DNA of 64,000 nucleotides, taken from the NCBI RefSeq assembly GCF_964355755.1, contig NC_092675.1:31158912-31222911 (forward strand), given 5' to 3'. This document shows positions 10,775-22,724 of the stretch, in pieces. Below the pieces are notes generated by a model. The model worked only from the letters and a program-made list of their open reading frames with translations, made no database searches and was not told the origin of the DNA. Each line of letters starts with the position of its first letter. Position 1 is the first letter of the stretch. This DNA is from Antedon mediterranea (Eukaryota; Animalia; Echinodermata). The position numbers and the translations under genes were made by a program.

Positions 10775-13700
10775 ATGGCCGATCATGAGTTTGATGCCTT
10801 GAGAAACTATCTACAAAACAACGTTTATCCTGTAAATTATTCTGAAATATTAAAACGAAGTTTGCGACGGAAAGCCAAGAACTTTACAATTCTTCGTGAT
10901 ATCTTGTATTACAAACAACATTCTGGTAGATTGTTGCGTGTATTGTTACCGAAAGAAAAACACGAAGTGTTAAACAGTATCCATAAGCAGGCACATGGTG
11001 GTCACTTGGGTGTCAACAAAACGTAAGTTTAAAGTTTGTCAATTAAATAATATTTAAGCTTCGATAAGTTTCTGGGTGACTTTAAAACTGTTTATATGTT
11101 TGGCCAGGTGGAATGCCATCCTGAGATGAGTATTAGTAATTAGTACAGCATTGTTTTTAAATGATTTTATACGTAATTTTACTTTCTGTGGACCACAGAA
11201 TTCGAAACAAATGATTAAATGAATGAATTAAATGAATAATAACTAATACTTATCAATTGAAAAATGTATAATGACCGTGTACATTATGAAGTTAGTATTT
11301 TATATATAGATTCAAACATATTTTTATACCTCCATGAATGAAAAATATGTTAAGTCGATAATAATTTCTACTCAATATATTATCGCAATTAATTGTATAA
11401 ATATATTGAAGTTGAACATAAAATATCACATGTAAAAAATACAAAACATATATTGGCATTCAATAATTAATCAAAAATGTTCCGAATATGAGCACTGTTT
11501 CAATAATTTGACAGATTATTATTATATAATTTACACAGTGCTACACAACGCATATATCTTTAGTTCAAAATTAAGATATCTCTTTTAATAAAGATAGATT
11601 ATTTCAATTGAAAACTAAGATGTCTTACTTTTTAAAAGAAATATCTATGTTAATAGATATTTTTTTGTAGGCTTATTACACCTCGAAAAACCAAGAAGAA
11701 TACAGTACAACTAGCTCTATCTATAATAGTAATGTTTTAGTTTTATAACAGTTCATATACGGTACTCTACACGTGCCCACTGCATAACTAACACAGAAAA
11801 AAATCCACTTGTGATATTCCGAATGGGACAAGAATCTTCCATTCTAAATATCTTGGTAAGTAAGTAATATAGAGATATCCCTCATGAGAGATATCTTAGT
11901 TTTAAATAGTGATACAAATACTTCCCGAATGAAAACTTATTCAGGTCTTGGTATAATAAATATGTTCAATATTAGTTGCTCATTCATAATGCAAAAAGCC
12001 ATATCAGTATTAACTTTCGTTCGTTTAAAATGTATACTTATGAAAGAAAACACAATTTGACAAAAAAAAAGGTAAGGAAGAAGACTTTTATTATGTAACT
12101 TTAAAGTGGATTATTACATTTTTTTTTAGGGAATACTTCTTTAAAAAAAACGCATTTTCAATAACAAAACTAGTTTCCAATCCCCCGGTAATGGAGTAAA
12201 ACCACCTGCAGCTTATGTAATGAAAAAAATTAACACCATGTAGAACGATCAACAACGAATGTAGGAACGAAAATTGCATCCCAGCTAATGTAGGACTATC
12301 GCCAGCTAATGTAGAAAATATATATTTTACAAACCTAAATGTCTAAATCATGTGCAAATGCATCTGTTTACTTAGCTATCCATCTATCCACGTCTCGTAA
12401 CCGACCAACTTTCTAAAACGACCACACATCGTAAGCAACCAACTCTTTTAAGGGACCGTTTCTCATAATCGACTTCCTCTCTCGTAACGACAACTTTTTT
12501 GGGTGACCACCTCTATTAAACGGCCATCGTCTCTGTTAAGGGATCGCTTCCCATAATCGACCAACTATTGTAAGTGATCACATCCTCTCATTATGGACCG
12601 CTTCTCATAATCGACCACCTCTCGTAGTAAGCGACCACCTCTCTTAACAACCACAACTCTCGTAAGCGACCGCTTTTTATTTTCGACCGCCTCTCGTAAG
12701 TGATGATCTCTTTTAGAAGACCACCATATCTCTAAATGGACCGCTTCTCATAATATACCAACTCTTGTATAAATCACCTCTCTTAAGTGACCACTTCTAA
12801 TAAACGACCTCTCTGTTAGGAGACCGCTTCTCATAATCGATCACATATCGTAAGCGACCACCTCCCTTATCGACCACATCTTTCGTAAGTGACCACCTAT
12901 TTTAAAGGACCACTACCTCTCGCAATCTACCATTGTGGCTCACTAAAAAGTACCCGGTTTCCTTAATAGGGTGTCCTCTACATTTTAAAAATAAATAAAT
13001 TTAACCAGTATGTAGTGTTAAAACGTATATATTTCCCCTTGTTTATTTTTTAAAAAAAAGTGGCGATTTTTATATCTACTCTGTCGCACATTCACCAAGC
13101 GTACACAATAATTCTAGTAGGACAATTAATTATTTATACTTTTCAAGTTAGTTTTTTATTGCCTGAGTGAATTATTACCAGATTGAGGGCGTAGTTATTT
13201 TGTATGGGAGGCTGCACTCAATTTGAAGTTTATATGGGGGTATTTAGAATGTAAACACGGTACAATCAGGGAGATGTAAATCTCCCTGGTACAATGTGAC
13301 ACGGAATCATCACGGACTGATGGACATTTTTCATAGAAGGTATCTTTTCCCTTTTCAATATTCATTTATCATTGTCAAATAAAAAAACTAGAAACATAGA
13401 TAAATATTAAAAGTGAATTAATCAGTTGTGCCCAGTGCTTGCCTTAAACGAAAAGTTAAAATATATGGAACGCCAAACTGTAATGTTATTATAATGCATT
13501 GATGAGAATGGTGATGTGAACTGCGGTAATAAATAATAAATAATATTAAAAAACAAAATAAAATTAAAATATTTAAAGAATCCATAATACAGTTTTAAGG
13601 TCAATAGTAAACCTACAAAGAGATTGAATATCATCAATACAATAAACACATTTTTTTTTTTTTTTAACAGTTGGAAAAAGATACGCGAAAGGTATTATTG

Positions 13701-16599
13701 GAAGGGGTCATTTGATGGTGTTCGTAATTTTATAGCCGCCTGTGATCAGTGCCAACGGAAAGAAGTTTTAAAAAAAGCAAAAGTGCCACTTCAACCTATA
13801 CCCGTAACAGATACTGCTTTCAGACAGATCGGTATGGATATTGTTGGGCCTTTGGTAAAGACAGAAAATGGTAAGGTATCTCATGACAAATTACTGAAAA
13901 ACAAAAATGCTGTGACTGGATAAAAAAGCTAAATCAAAACGTAAAAGTAAAAAGCAAGAAGACATGAATGAAATACGTTCAGAAAACTTTGTAATTCATT
14001 CTTCAGGGCCTAAAATTACAGTTAATAATTAGTTCTGTTCGGCCTTTATTGTAATAGGGCTGAACTTAAATTTATTATTGTAAAGGCACAAGCGCAATTT
14101 CTGTGAGGTTTCTTGAAATTGTTAACTAAACTAAAATTATGACAGTTCTCTTTTTTACACTGTCAACAAAAACTAGATTTACCAAGAATCAGATGCTCTT
14201 ATTATTGTCACCGGATTTACATCGATTATGGCTATACTGTAATAATCTTTATTTCTGCCTGTTTTAATTTGATCCAAACCATGACTGGGGTAATACTGTT
14301 CAGCGCATAGAGGTTTTACAACATTAGGCGCTATGTAAATCCACGATATTATTATTGTTCTTGTTCTTATTATATTTATTGATATTAATATTGTTATTAT
14401 TATTGTTATTTCATTCGTACAGTTCGGGTGTTGTACATCTCATCATGACATTTTGACACTACTATTATTACGGCTTATTATATTATTATTTGCTGTGTTT
14501 CAGGTAATCGGTACTTACTTGTATTTACGGAGTACCTTACCAAATGGGTGGAAGCTGATGCAATTCCAGATAAATCTGCTAAAACAGTGCTGAGATCTTT
14601 TATTGATTTTGTCTGCAGACATGGAACACCTTCTATATTGATTACAGACCAGGGTAGAGAGTTTTGTAATGAGCTGAATGACAGCTTCTGTAAGCTGATT
14701 GGGGTAGACCACAGAGTTGCCTCACCATACCATCCTCAAACAGGCGGGCAAACGGAGCGCTTTAACAGAACACTTTGCACAATGCTTATGACGTTGACCA
14801 ACGCAGACCAAAATGACTGGGATATACAACTCCCATACGTGTTGTTTGCCTACAGAACATCCGAGCACAAGTCTACGAAATGTGACCCATTCTCATTAGT
14901 TTACGGTAGAAAGGCTGTGTTGCCTGTAGAATTACGTATTCCCATCGTTTCGTCTAATAAAGATGACATATCCGGAACTGTTCCTTTAAAAATAAGAGTG
15001 GACGCTTTTTTGAAACTCAAAGATTCAAGGAGAAAGGCATCAGAAAATATCAAAAAAGCACAGAAAAAGCAAAAACATTATCATGATGCTGGTGTTAAAA
15101 GCAACACGTACTATGCAGGAGATCAAGTGCTCTTGCAGAATTCCAGAAATTTGTCAAGAAAGGGAGGCAAACTTAATGCTCGATGGACTGGTCCATATAT
15201 TATAGAAAAAGTCCTCACTCACAATACATATCGACTAAAAGGAAGAAGGGCTATTGTTAACGGAAACAAGATCAGACATTACAAGTCCGATAAAACAACC
15301 TCTTTGAACTGTCCATCATCAAGCACTAAACAGAAATGTAATACCAATGATAAGCATCTCCCTCCAAAGAAACGAAAGCGAACGCCAGACATCCCACCTG
15401 AAGTAACGCACCATGATAACATACCTACATCCAAGAATGGTGATATCACACCGGATGATCACATTATTAACATACCTACATCCAAGAATGTTGATGATAA
15501 CGATAACAGACCTACATCCAAGAATTATGATATCACACCGGATGATCACATTAACATACCTACATCCAAGAACGATGATATCACACTGGATAATCACGAT
15601 AACATACCTACATTAGACAATGATAATGTCGCACCGGATGATGACCATGACAACAGTAGGCCTGTATCTGATAGTGATGTGGTATACCTCAACACGAAAA
15701 CTTCAAGAAAGTTATTCTTTCCTGTCGATGCCAATTGGCAGCTTGAAAAGGCAGCACCATTTGGTATCAATGTCAAAAATTTTCACAAAACTCACTTAAA
15801 ATGTGAAATGGACAAGGCAGCCAGGCCTACTAAAGTTGTTAATATGAGAGGGGACGGCAACTGTCTTTTTAGGGCTTTGAGTTATATTCTCTTTGGTGTC
15901 CAGAACTACCATGTAGTTGTACGGGATTACATACTAAACTATATGTCCATGAACAAAAACCTATTTGAAAAAATTGAATCCAGATCATTTGAACGATACG
16001 TGGAAGACACGAGAATGGGGGAATATGGGACATGGGGTTCGGACATCGAAATCATGGCATTTGCGACCATGTCAAATACGAATGTTTATGTTTACAGTAA
16101 ATATGGAAGAAGGAAAGGGCTTCCACATTATGAATGGTTGAAATATGCACCAATAAGTAATCAGTTTGGTGATTTAGTATCTGAAAGAAACATCTACCTA
16201 TCAAACTTATGTGCACACTTTGAGCCTGTCCTGGATGTAGACAAGAAAACTTATGACGCTGAATTAAAATACACTCGTACACCATACGCACCAATCAAAA
16301 ACCACCTTGCACGGAAATACTGGGATATTGTATCCGATGTGACCCTCAATGCTGCTCTGGTAGATAATTACGAAGATGAAGCGGTAATGCGTTCCGAAGG
16401 CATTATGGACGTTATATACGTATCTGAATTCACGGACACACATTATGACATTGAAGCAGTCAACCATCTAAAAGATGATATCGATCCAAATATATTCAAT
16501 TTGCTTTGTGACATGGAACATTTCCCGGAAAGGATTCATCAGAGCAACAATGAAGTACCTGGACAATTATATGTTGATTCATACAACGTCACTCTTTAA
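10775..16599 (+). CDS. Ginger1 transposase (~847 aa): HHCC zinc finger, DDE (rve-type) integrase, GPY/F motif, NLS, repeat linker, OTU cysteine protease
   Basis: Exons 10775-11022, 13671-13870 and 14504-16599 join in phase. Motifs: IH..AHGGHLG/CDQC; GMDIVGP, ITDQGREF, QTERFNRTL; WTGPY; PPKKRKR; OTU motifs RGDGNCLFRALS, WGSDIEI and HFEPV. No RT, RNase H, gag or aspartic protease is present. Confidence 0.9.
12190..12930 (+). mobile_element. Partial second copy (left arm plus internal repeats) of the 8240-9232 foldback family, in transposase intron 1
   Basis: ccagctaatgtag..aaacctaaatgtctaaatcatgtgcaaatgcat..ctatccacgtctcgtaa followed by gaccacctctc arrays. Confidence 0.65.
15410..15660 (+). 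repeat. Coding tandem repeat in the transposase linker (NIPTSKNxDITPDDH units)
   Basis: aacatacctacatccaagaa recurs 4-5 times in frame. Confidence 0.8.
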
Positions 16600-17738
16600 C
16601 TGTAGGCCTACCTATGACCGGTAATCTCAACATACACAGAAGCATTAAATGGTGAAAAGGGTATTTGTTTACCTTATAGAGGTAAGTTTCGTTAATGCTT
16701 TGATTTTTTACAGGTGCTTCCGTCAAGAGGAGATTGTCGGCTTTGTCTGAAACTCATCGACGAAGAAATACCAATTGCATTTGTCGGACCAGAAAGAAGA
16801 ACATAGATTCACCACAGCGGCTAATTAAAGCGTCACCATCTTTCATTGAATCAACGGAAGACGAATATCTGAGCATAAGTACGTCAAAGGCTCAAGGGGT
16901 CTAATGGCAGGTAACAACAGATCAAATACAGTGTGTCCAGTGTAAACATGCAATGATGTGTCATGCGCCCTGCTTTGATCGCTACAAGGATTAAAAAATT
17001 AATTAAAAAGCAGATTGTATAAAAGAATAACGCGACTAAAGGTCCGGTAAGGTAAAAGTACGTGAATTAGATTGTAACTAGTGTTTATTTTTATTGTATT
17101 TTTATGTTTAAAAAACTTTTTCATATTTACAACTCATATGATTCTGTTTCATAATGTTATGCAATTTTCTTCTATAATATGTTTTCTTTGGTCAAAGGGG
17201 CACATACAAACGTGCAACCTACCCTCGCTATGATCATCAACCTTGACGTGGTAGCGAGGCTTGCGTGCTTCCAATGTATTGGTAGCCAGACCAATGATGA
17301 TCAATAACAAAGTAAAATAAATACAAACACACTTACTGAAACAAGTTTTAATAGCAATAAATAAATAAATAAATAAATATTTTTCTGTAACTATTGTTCA
17401 TTATTATTACACTATTATTATTTTATCCTGTTAATATAAGTAATGATCAATGATATATAATTTATGTTTACAAAACTCGTTCATATTTACAACTCATTCT
17501 GACAAGATAACAACATTTAATATTTTTGTAATTCACAATTCATACATTTATTTGTAATGTATTCATGAATTTGCTTTTCCTTCATCCAATCTACATAGTA
17601 GATATATGAAACTATTGTTCTAACCACGTGACTATGTAGCATAGAACATTAATTCTAAACCGCCCGGTAATATACTGAAATTTAATTAATTAATTTGAAA
17701 CGATAAAGATGAGGAAATCTGTGAGAATGAGTTAAAGT

Positions 17739-17810
17739 CGCCCCAACCGAGACTCGAACTCGGACCGCCTGCTTGATATGCAGATGTCCTAACCGTTAGA
17801 CCACTGGGGC
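17739..17810 (-). tRNA. tRNA-Asp-like gene or pseudogene, anticodon ATC (copy 1)
   Basis: 72-nt cloverleaf GCCCCAG-TG-GTCT AACGGTT AGGAC-A-TCTGC ATATCAA GCAGG-CGGT-CCGAG TTCGAGT CTCGG-TTGGGGC-G with all four stems pairing. Confidence 0.7.
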
Positions 17811-18004
17811 TTTCACGGTTCGAACTCGATTGGATAGCGACTCTTTAACATTCTCGGCGTGGTACGGCGGAACAGCACTAGTCCTCAGTTGTAAACACAA
17901 CAGGCATAGAAATAAATTCCAAACCGCCCGGTGATACACTGAAAATGATTTAATTAATTTTTGAAACGATAAAGATGAGGAAATCTGAGAGAATGAGAAA
18001 AAGT

Positions 18005-18076
18005 CGCCCCAACCGAGGCTCGAACTCGGACCGTCGGCTTGATATGCAGTTGCCCTAACCATTAGACCACTGGGGC
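18005..18076 (-). tRNA. tRNA-Asp-like gene or pseudogene, anticodon ATC (copy 2)
   Basis: Duplicate of copy 1 within a ~266-bp tandem duplication. The anticodon stem is damaged, but a TTTTT Pol III terminator-like run follows. Confidence 0.55.
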
Positions 18077-18150
18077 TTTCATGGTATTGTTCTTTAACTC
18101 GACCGGATAACGACCCTTTAACATTCTCGGCGTGGTACGGTTGGAACACA

Positions 18151-18185
<35 letters not shown>

Positions 18186-18296
18186 CAGTAACAAGTGTAC
18201 ATTATTGTAAATATAACAAATACATATATATTATATATATATATATATATATGTATATGTATTTGTTATATTTACAATAATGTACACTTGTTACTG
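18186..18296. repeat. Near-perfect palindrome with ~42-bp arms and a (TA)n centre
   Basis: cagtaacaagtgtacattattgtaaatataacaaatacatata ... tatgtatttgttatatttacaataatgtacacttgttactg. Confidence 0.85.
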
Positions 18297-19038
18297 AACT
18301 ATGGAGTATTTTTTTTTTCCGAAATAAAAGAAGAATGAATGAATGAATTTATTTTCAATCTTTCTACATAACAACAAATATATAGTATAACAGGGGAGTA
18401 GCGGAAAAGCAAAAGTAAAGTAAATTTGAACCAGCCAAACATGTATGAAACATTATCCAGTAAGCACATTTTATAAGAAGCTTTTGTTTATTAAAATGGG
18501 TTTCTCTGAAATTCCAGAAGTTTATTAAACATTGAAAATAACACAATCGCCTTTAAACAAAATGCTGTTCAAAAAAAGAATCGGTTGAAGCAAGCGTTCT
18601 TATAACATCCGATAAAATGAAGGTTCAATAAAGTAGCCCTATTAACAAATGTATGAGGTCTCAGGCCTATCCCATATTAATTATTTTTATAGATACATTA
18701 ATTTTAAGATTCCAGATACCGAATTGTTGTTTTTTTACATAACAAGTCATTTTTTCTTTGAATATAAATTCTGATTTAAGGACAAAATACTAAAATAAAT
18801 ACTTACACCAAAGGTGCATAAAAACGTGTTGATGTGGCGCTATATCGATGTCATTATCTTTGCATTCACCCTAGACGCACATAGTGTGACACCCCTACCA
18901 TATTCTCGATGTGACGATCAATGTACCAATTAACATAATACTTCAGTAAAACTGATTATGTTTTTTCAAGAGATCAGCTATATCGTGTTGATTATAAAAA
19001 GGTGCAACTTTTAATTGATTGGGGATTAAACAAGTAAA

Positions 19039-22000
19039 CTATTTATTCTTCTTGTCTTTACTCGTACAAAATAATATAACGGTCGCTAATTGGAAGTGTT
19101 TAAACTAAAGTGATCTATAATTGGAAGAGGACCCGTACAATTACTTGTTTTTTATCACATGATTATAAACTATTTATTCTTCTTGTCTTAACTAGTATTT
19201 ATTCTTCTTGTCTTTATTCATACAAAATAATATAACGGTCGCTAAATGGAAGTGTCTTAAAGTAAAGTGACCTTTAATTGGAAAAGGACCAGTACAATTA
19301 CTTATTTTTTATCACATGATTAAAATCTATTTATTCTTCTTGTCTGTACTCATACAAAATAATATAACGGTCGCTAATTGGAAGTGTCTTAAAGTAAAGT
19401 GATCTTTAATTGGAAGAGGACCAGTACAATTACTTGTTTTTTATCACATGATTAAAATCTATTTATTCTTCTTGTCTGTACTCATACAAAATAATATAAC
19501 GGTCGCTAAATGGAAGTGTCTTAAAGTAAAGTGATCTTTCATTGGAAGAGGACCAGTACAATTACTTGTTTTTTATCACATGATTAAAATCTATTTATTC
19601 TTCTAATTGTCTGTACTCATACAAAATAATATAACGGTCGCTAATTGGAGGTGTCTTACAGTAAAGTGACCTTTAATTGGAAGAGGACCAGTACAATTAC
19701 TTATTTTATATCACATGATTATAAACTATTTATGCTTCTTGTTTTCATTCATAAAAAATAATATAACGGTCGCTAATTGGAAGTGTTTTAAAGTAAAGTG
19801 ATCTTTCATTGGAAGAGGACCAGTACAATTACTTGTTTTTTATCACATGAATAAAATCTATTTATTCTTCTTGTCTGTACTCATACAAAATAATATAACG
19901 GTCGCTAAATGGAAGTGTCTTACAGTAAAGTGACCTTTAATTGGAAGAGGACCAGTACAATTACTTATTTTTTATCACATGATTAAAATCTATTTATTCT
20001 TCTTGTCTGTACTCATACAAAATAATATAACGGTCGCTAATTGGAAGTGTCTTAAAGTAAAGTGATCTTTAATTGGAAGAGGACCAGTACAATTACTTGT
20101 TTTTTATCACATGATTAAAATCTATTTATTCTTCTTGTCTGTACTCATACAAAATAATATAACGGTCGCTAAATGGAAGTGTCTTACAGTAAAGTGACCT
20201 TTAATTGGAAGAGGACCAGTACAATTACTTATTTTTTATCACATGATTAAAATCTATTTATTCTTCTTGTCTGTACTCATACAAAATAATATAACGGTCG
20301 CTAATTGGAAGTGTCTTAAAGTAAAGTGATCTTTAATTGGAAGAGGACCAGTACAATTACTTGTTTTTTATCACATGATTAAAATCTATTTATTCTTCTT
20401 GTCTGTACTCATACAAAATAATATAACGGTCGCTAATTGGAAGTGTCTTAAAGTAAAGTGATCTTTCATTGGAAGAGGACCAGTACAATTACTTGTTTTT
20501 TATCACATGATTAAAATCTATTTATTCTTCTAATTGTCTGTACTCATACAAAATAATATAACGGTCGCTAATTGGAGGTGTCTTACAGTAAAGTGACCTT
20601 TAATTGGAAGAGGACCAGGACAATTACTTATTTTATATCACATGATTATAAACTATTTATGCTTCTTGTTTTTATTCATAAAAAATAATATAACGGTCGC
20701 TAATTGGAAGTGTCTTAAAGTAAAGTGATCTTTCATTGGAAGAGGACCAGTACAATTACTTGTTTTTTATCACATGATTAAAATCTATTTATTCTTCTTG
20801 TCTGTACTCATACAAAATAATATAACGGTCGCTAATTGGAAGTGTCTTACAGTAAAGTGACCTTTAATTGGAAGAGTACCCGTACAATTACTTATTTTAT
20901 ATCACATGATTATAAACTATTTATTATTCTTGTCTTTATTCATACAAAATAATATAACGGTCGCTAAATGGAAGTTTCTTGAAGTAAAGTGACCTTTAAT
21001 TGGAAGAGGACCAGTACAATTACTTATTTTTTATCACCTGATTAAAATCTATTTATTATTCTTGTCTGTACTCATACAAAATAATATAACGGTCGCTAAT
21101 TGGAAGTGTCTTAAAGTAAAGTGATCTTTAATTGGAAGAGGACCAGTACAATTACTTGTTTTTTTATCACATGATTAAAATCTATTTATTCTTATTGTCT
21201 GTACTCATACAAAATAATATAACGGTCGCTAAATGGAAGTGTCTTAAAGTAAAGTGATCTTTCATTGGAAGAGGACCAGTACAATTACTTGTTTTTTATT
21301 ACATGATTAAAATCTATTTATTCTTCTAATTGTCTGTACTCATACAAAATAATATAACGGTCGCTAATTGGAAGTGTCTTAAAGTAAAGTGATCTTTAAT
21401 TGGAAGAAGACCAGTACAATTACTTATTTTATATCACATGATTATAAACTATTTATGCTTCATGTTTTTATTCATAAAAAATAATATAACGGTCGCTAAT
21501 TGGAAGTGTCTTAAAGTAAAGTGATCTTTCATTGGAAGAGGACCAGTACAATTACTTGTTTTTTATCACATGATTAAAATCTATTTATTCTTCTTGTCTG
21601 TACTCATACAAAATAATATAACGGTCGCTAATTGGAAGTGTCTTACAGTAAAGTGACCTTTAATTGGAAGAGGACCAGTACAATTACTTGTTTTTTATCA
21701 CATGATTAAAATCTATTTATTCTTCTTGTCTGTACTCATACAAAACAATATAACGGTCGCTAATTGGAAGTGTCTTAAAGTAAAGTGATCTTTAATTGAA
21801 AGAGGACCAGTACAATTACTTGTTTTTTTGTCATATGATTAAAATCTATTTATTATTCTTGCCTTTATTCATACAAAATAATATAACGGTCGCTAATTGG
21901 AAGTGTTTAAATTAAAGTGATCTTTAATTGGAAGAGGACCAGTACAATTACTTGTTTTTTATCACATGATTAAAATCTATTTATTCTTCTTGTTTCTATT

Positions 22001-22456
22001 CATACAAAACAATAATAACGGTCGCTAATTGGAAGTGTTTAAATTTAAGTGATCTTTAATTGGAAGAGGACCAGTACAATTACTTGTTTTTTATCACATG
22101 ATTATAAACTATTTATTATTCTTGTCTTTACTCATACAAAATAATAAAACGGTCGCTAATTGGAAGTGTTTAATTTTAAGTGATCTTTAATTGGAAGAGG
22201 ACCAGTACAATTACTTGTTTTTTGTCACATGATTAAAAACTATTATTACTCTTGTCTTTACTCATACAAAACAATAAAAATGGTCGCTAATTGGAAGTGT
22301 CTAAACTAAAGTGTTCTTTAATTGGAAGAGGACCAGTATAATTACTTGTTTTTATTACATGATTATTATTATATTGTTATTTATTCTTCTTGTCTTTATT
22401 CATACCAAATAATATAATGGTCGCTAATTGGAGGTGTTTTAAGCCAAGTTATCTTT
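19039..22456. repeat. 132-bp satellite array (~25 copies) inside the Ginger element
   Basis: Unit ctatttattcttcttgtctgtactcatacaaaataatataacggtcgctaattggaagtgtcttaaagtaaagtgatctttaattggaagaggaccagtacaattacttgttttttatcacatgattaaaat; ggtcgcta recurs every 132-135 bp. Confidence 0.95.
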
Positions 22457-22657
22457 GAAAAATAAAAACTAGTTTGGCATTATTAACAAATAGTGGTCGT
22501 TAAAAAAAGACAAGTGCATGCGCAATCACGATCAAAACCTGAATCTCAAATCTCAACCACGGACGGTATTCAATCCAAGGGTCAGACATTATTAAACGCG
22601 CCGGACAGCATTAAATTGTTGGAAAACGCCCGCGAACCCGTTGAAACATGCAATTGG

Positions 22658-22724
22658 ACACTATCCAATGCTGAAAAGTGTCCACCCGGACACTTTTGAA
22701 TGATGGACACATTTCAATCTTACA
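22658..22724 (-). repeat. Right TIR of the Ginger1 element
   Basis: Reverse complement TGTAAGATTGAAATGTGTCC..AAAGTGTCCGGGTGGACACTTTTCAGCATTGGATAGTGT; followed by the CCGG TSD. Confidence 0.88.

Larger units (their letters stand above)
7046..22724 (+). mobile_element. Ginger1-type (Gypsy-integrase-related) DNA transposon, ~15.7 kb, with 4-bp CCGG TSD
   Basis: CCGG at 7042-7045, then TGTAAGATT...; the right end ...AATCTTACA is followed by CCGG at 22725-22728. Imperfect ~66-bp TIRs enclose an intron-containing integrase-OTU gene. TGT termini, CCGG TSD, introns and OTU fusion are described hallmarks of Ginger1. Confidence 0.9.

Noticed and set aside
14548-16599. Gypsy LTR retrotransposon pol or Polinton integrase
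   Set aside because: No RT, RNase H, gag, paired LTRs, pPolB or capsid; introns, TIRs and a CCGG TSD indicate Ginger1.
17235-17300. Possible RTE-type retroelement 5' fragment (ccttgacgtggtagcgaggcttgcgtg)
   Set aside because: Too short to support without a database search.
18332-18720. Possible degenerate minus-strand LINE 3' end with an (ATTC)n tail
   Set aside because: Only the tail is clear; no reliable protein motif.
19039-22456. CRISPR-like array
   Set aside because: Whole units repeat with no unique spacers, there are no cas genes, and the context is eukaryotic.
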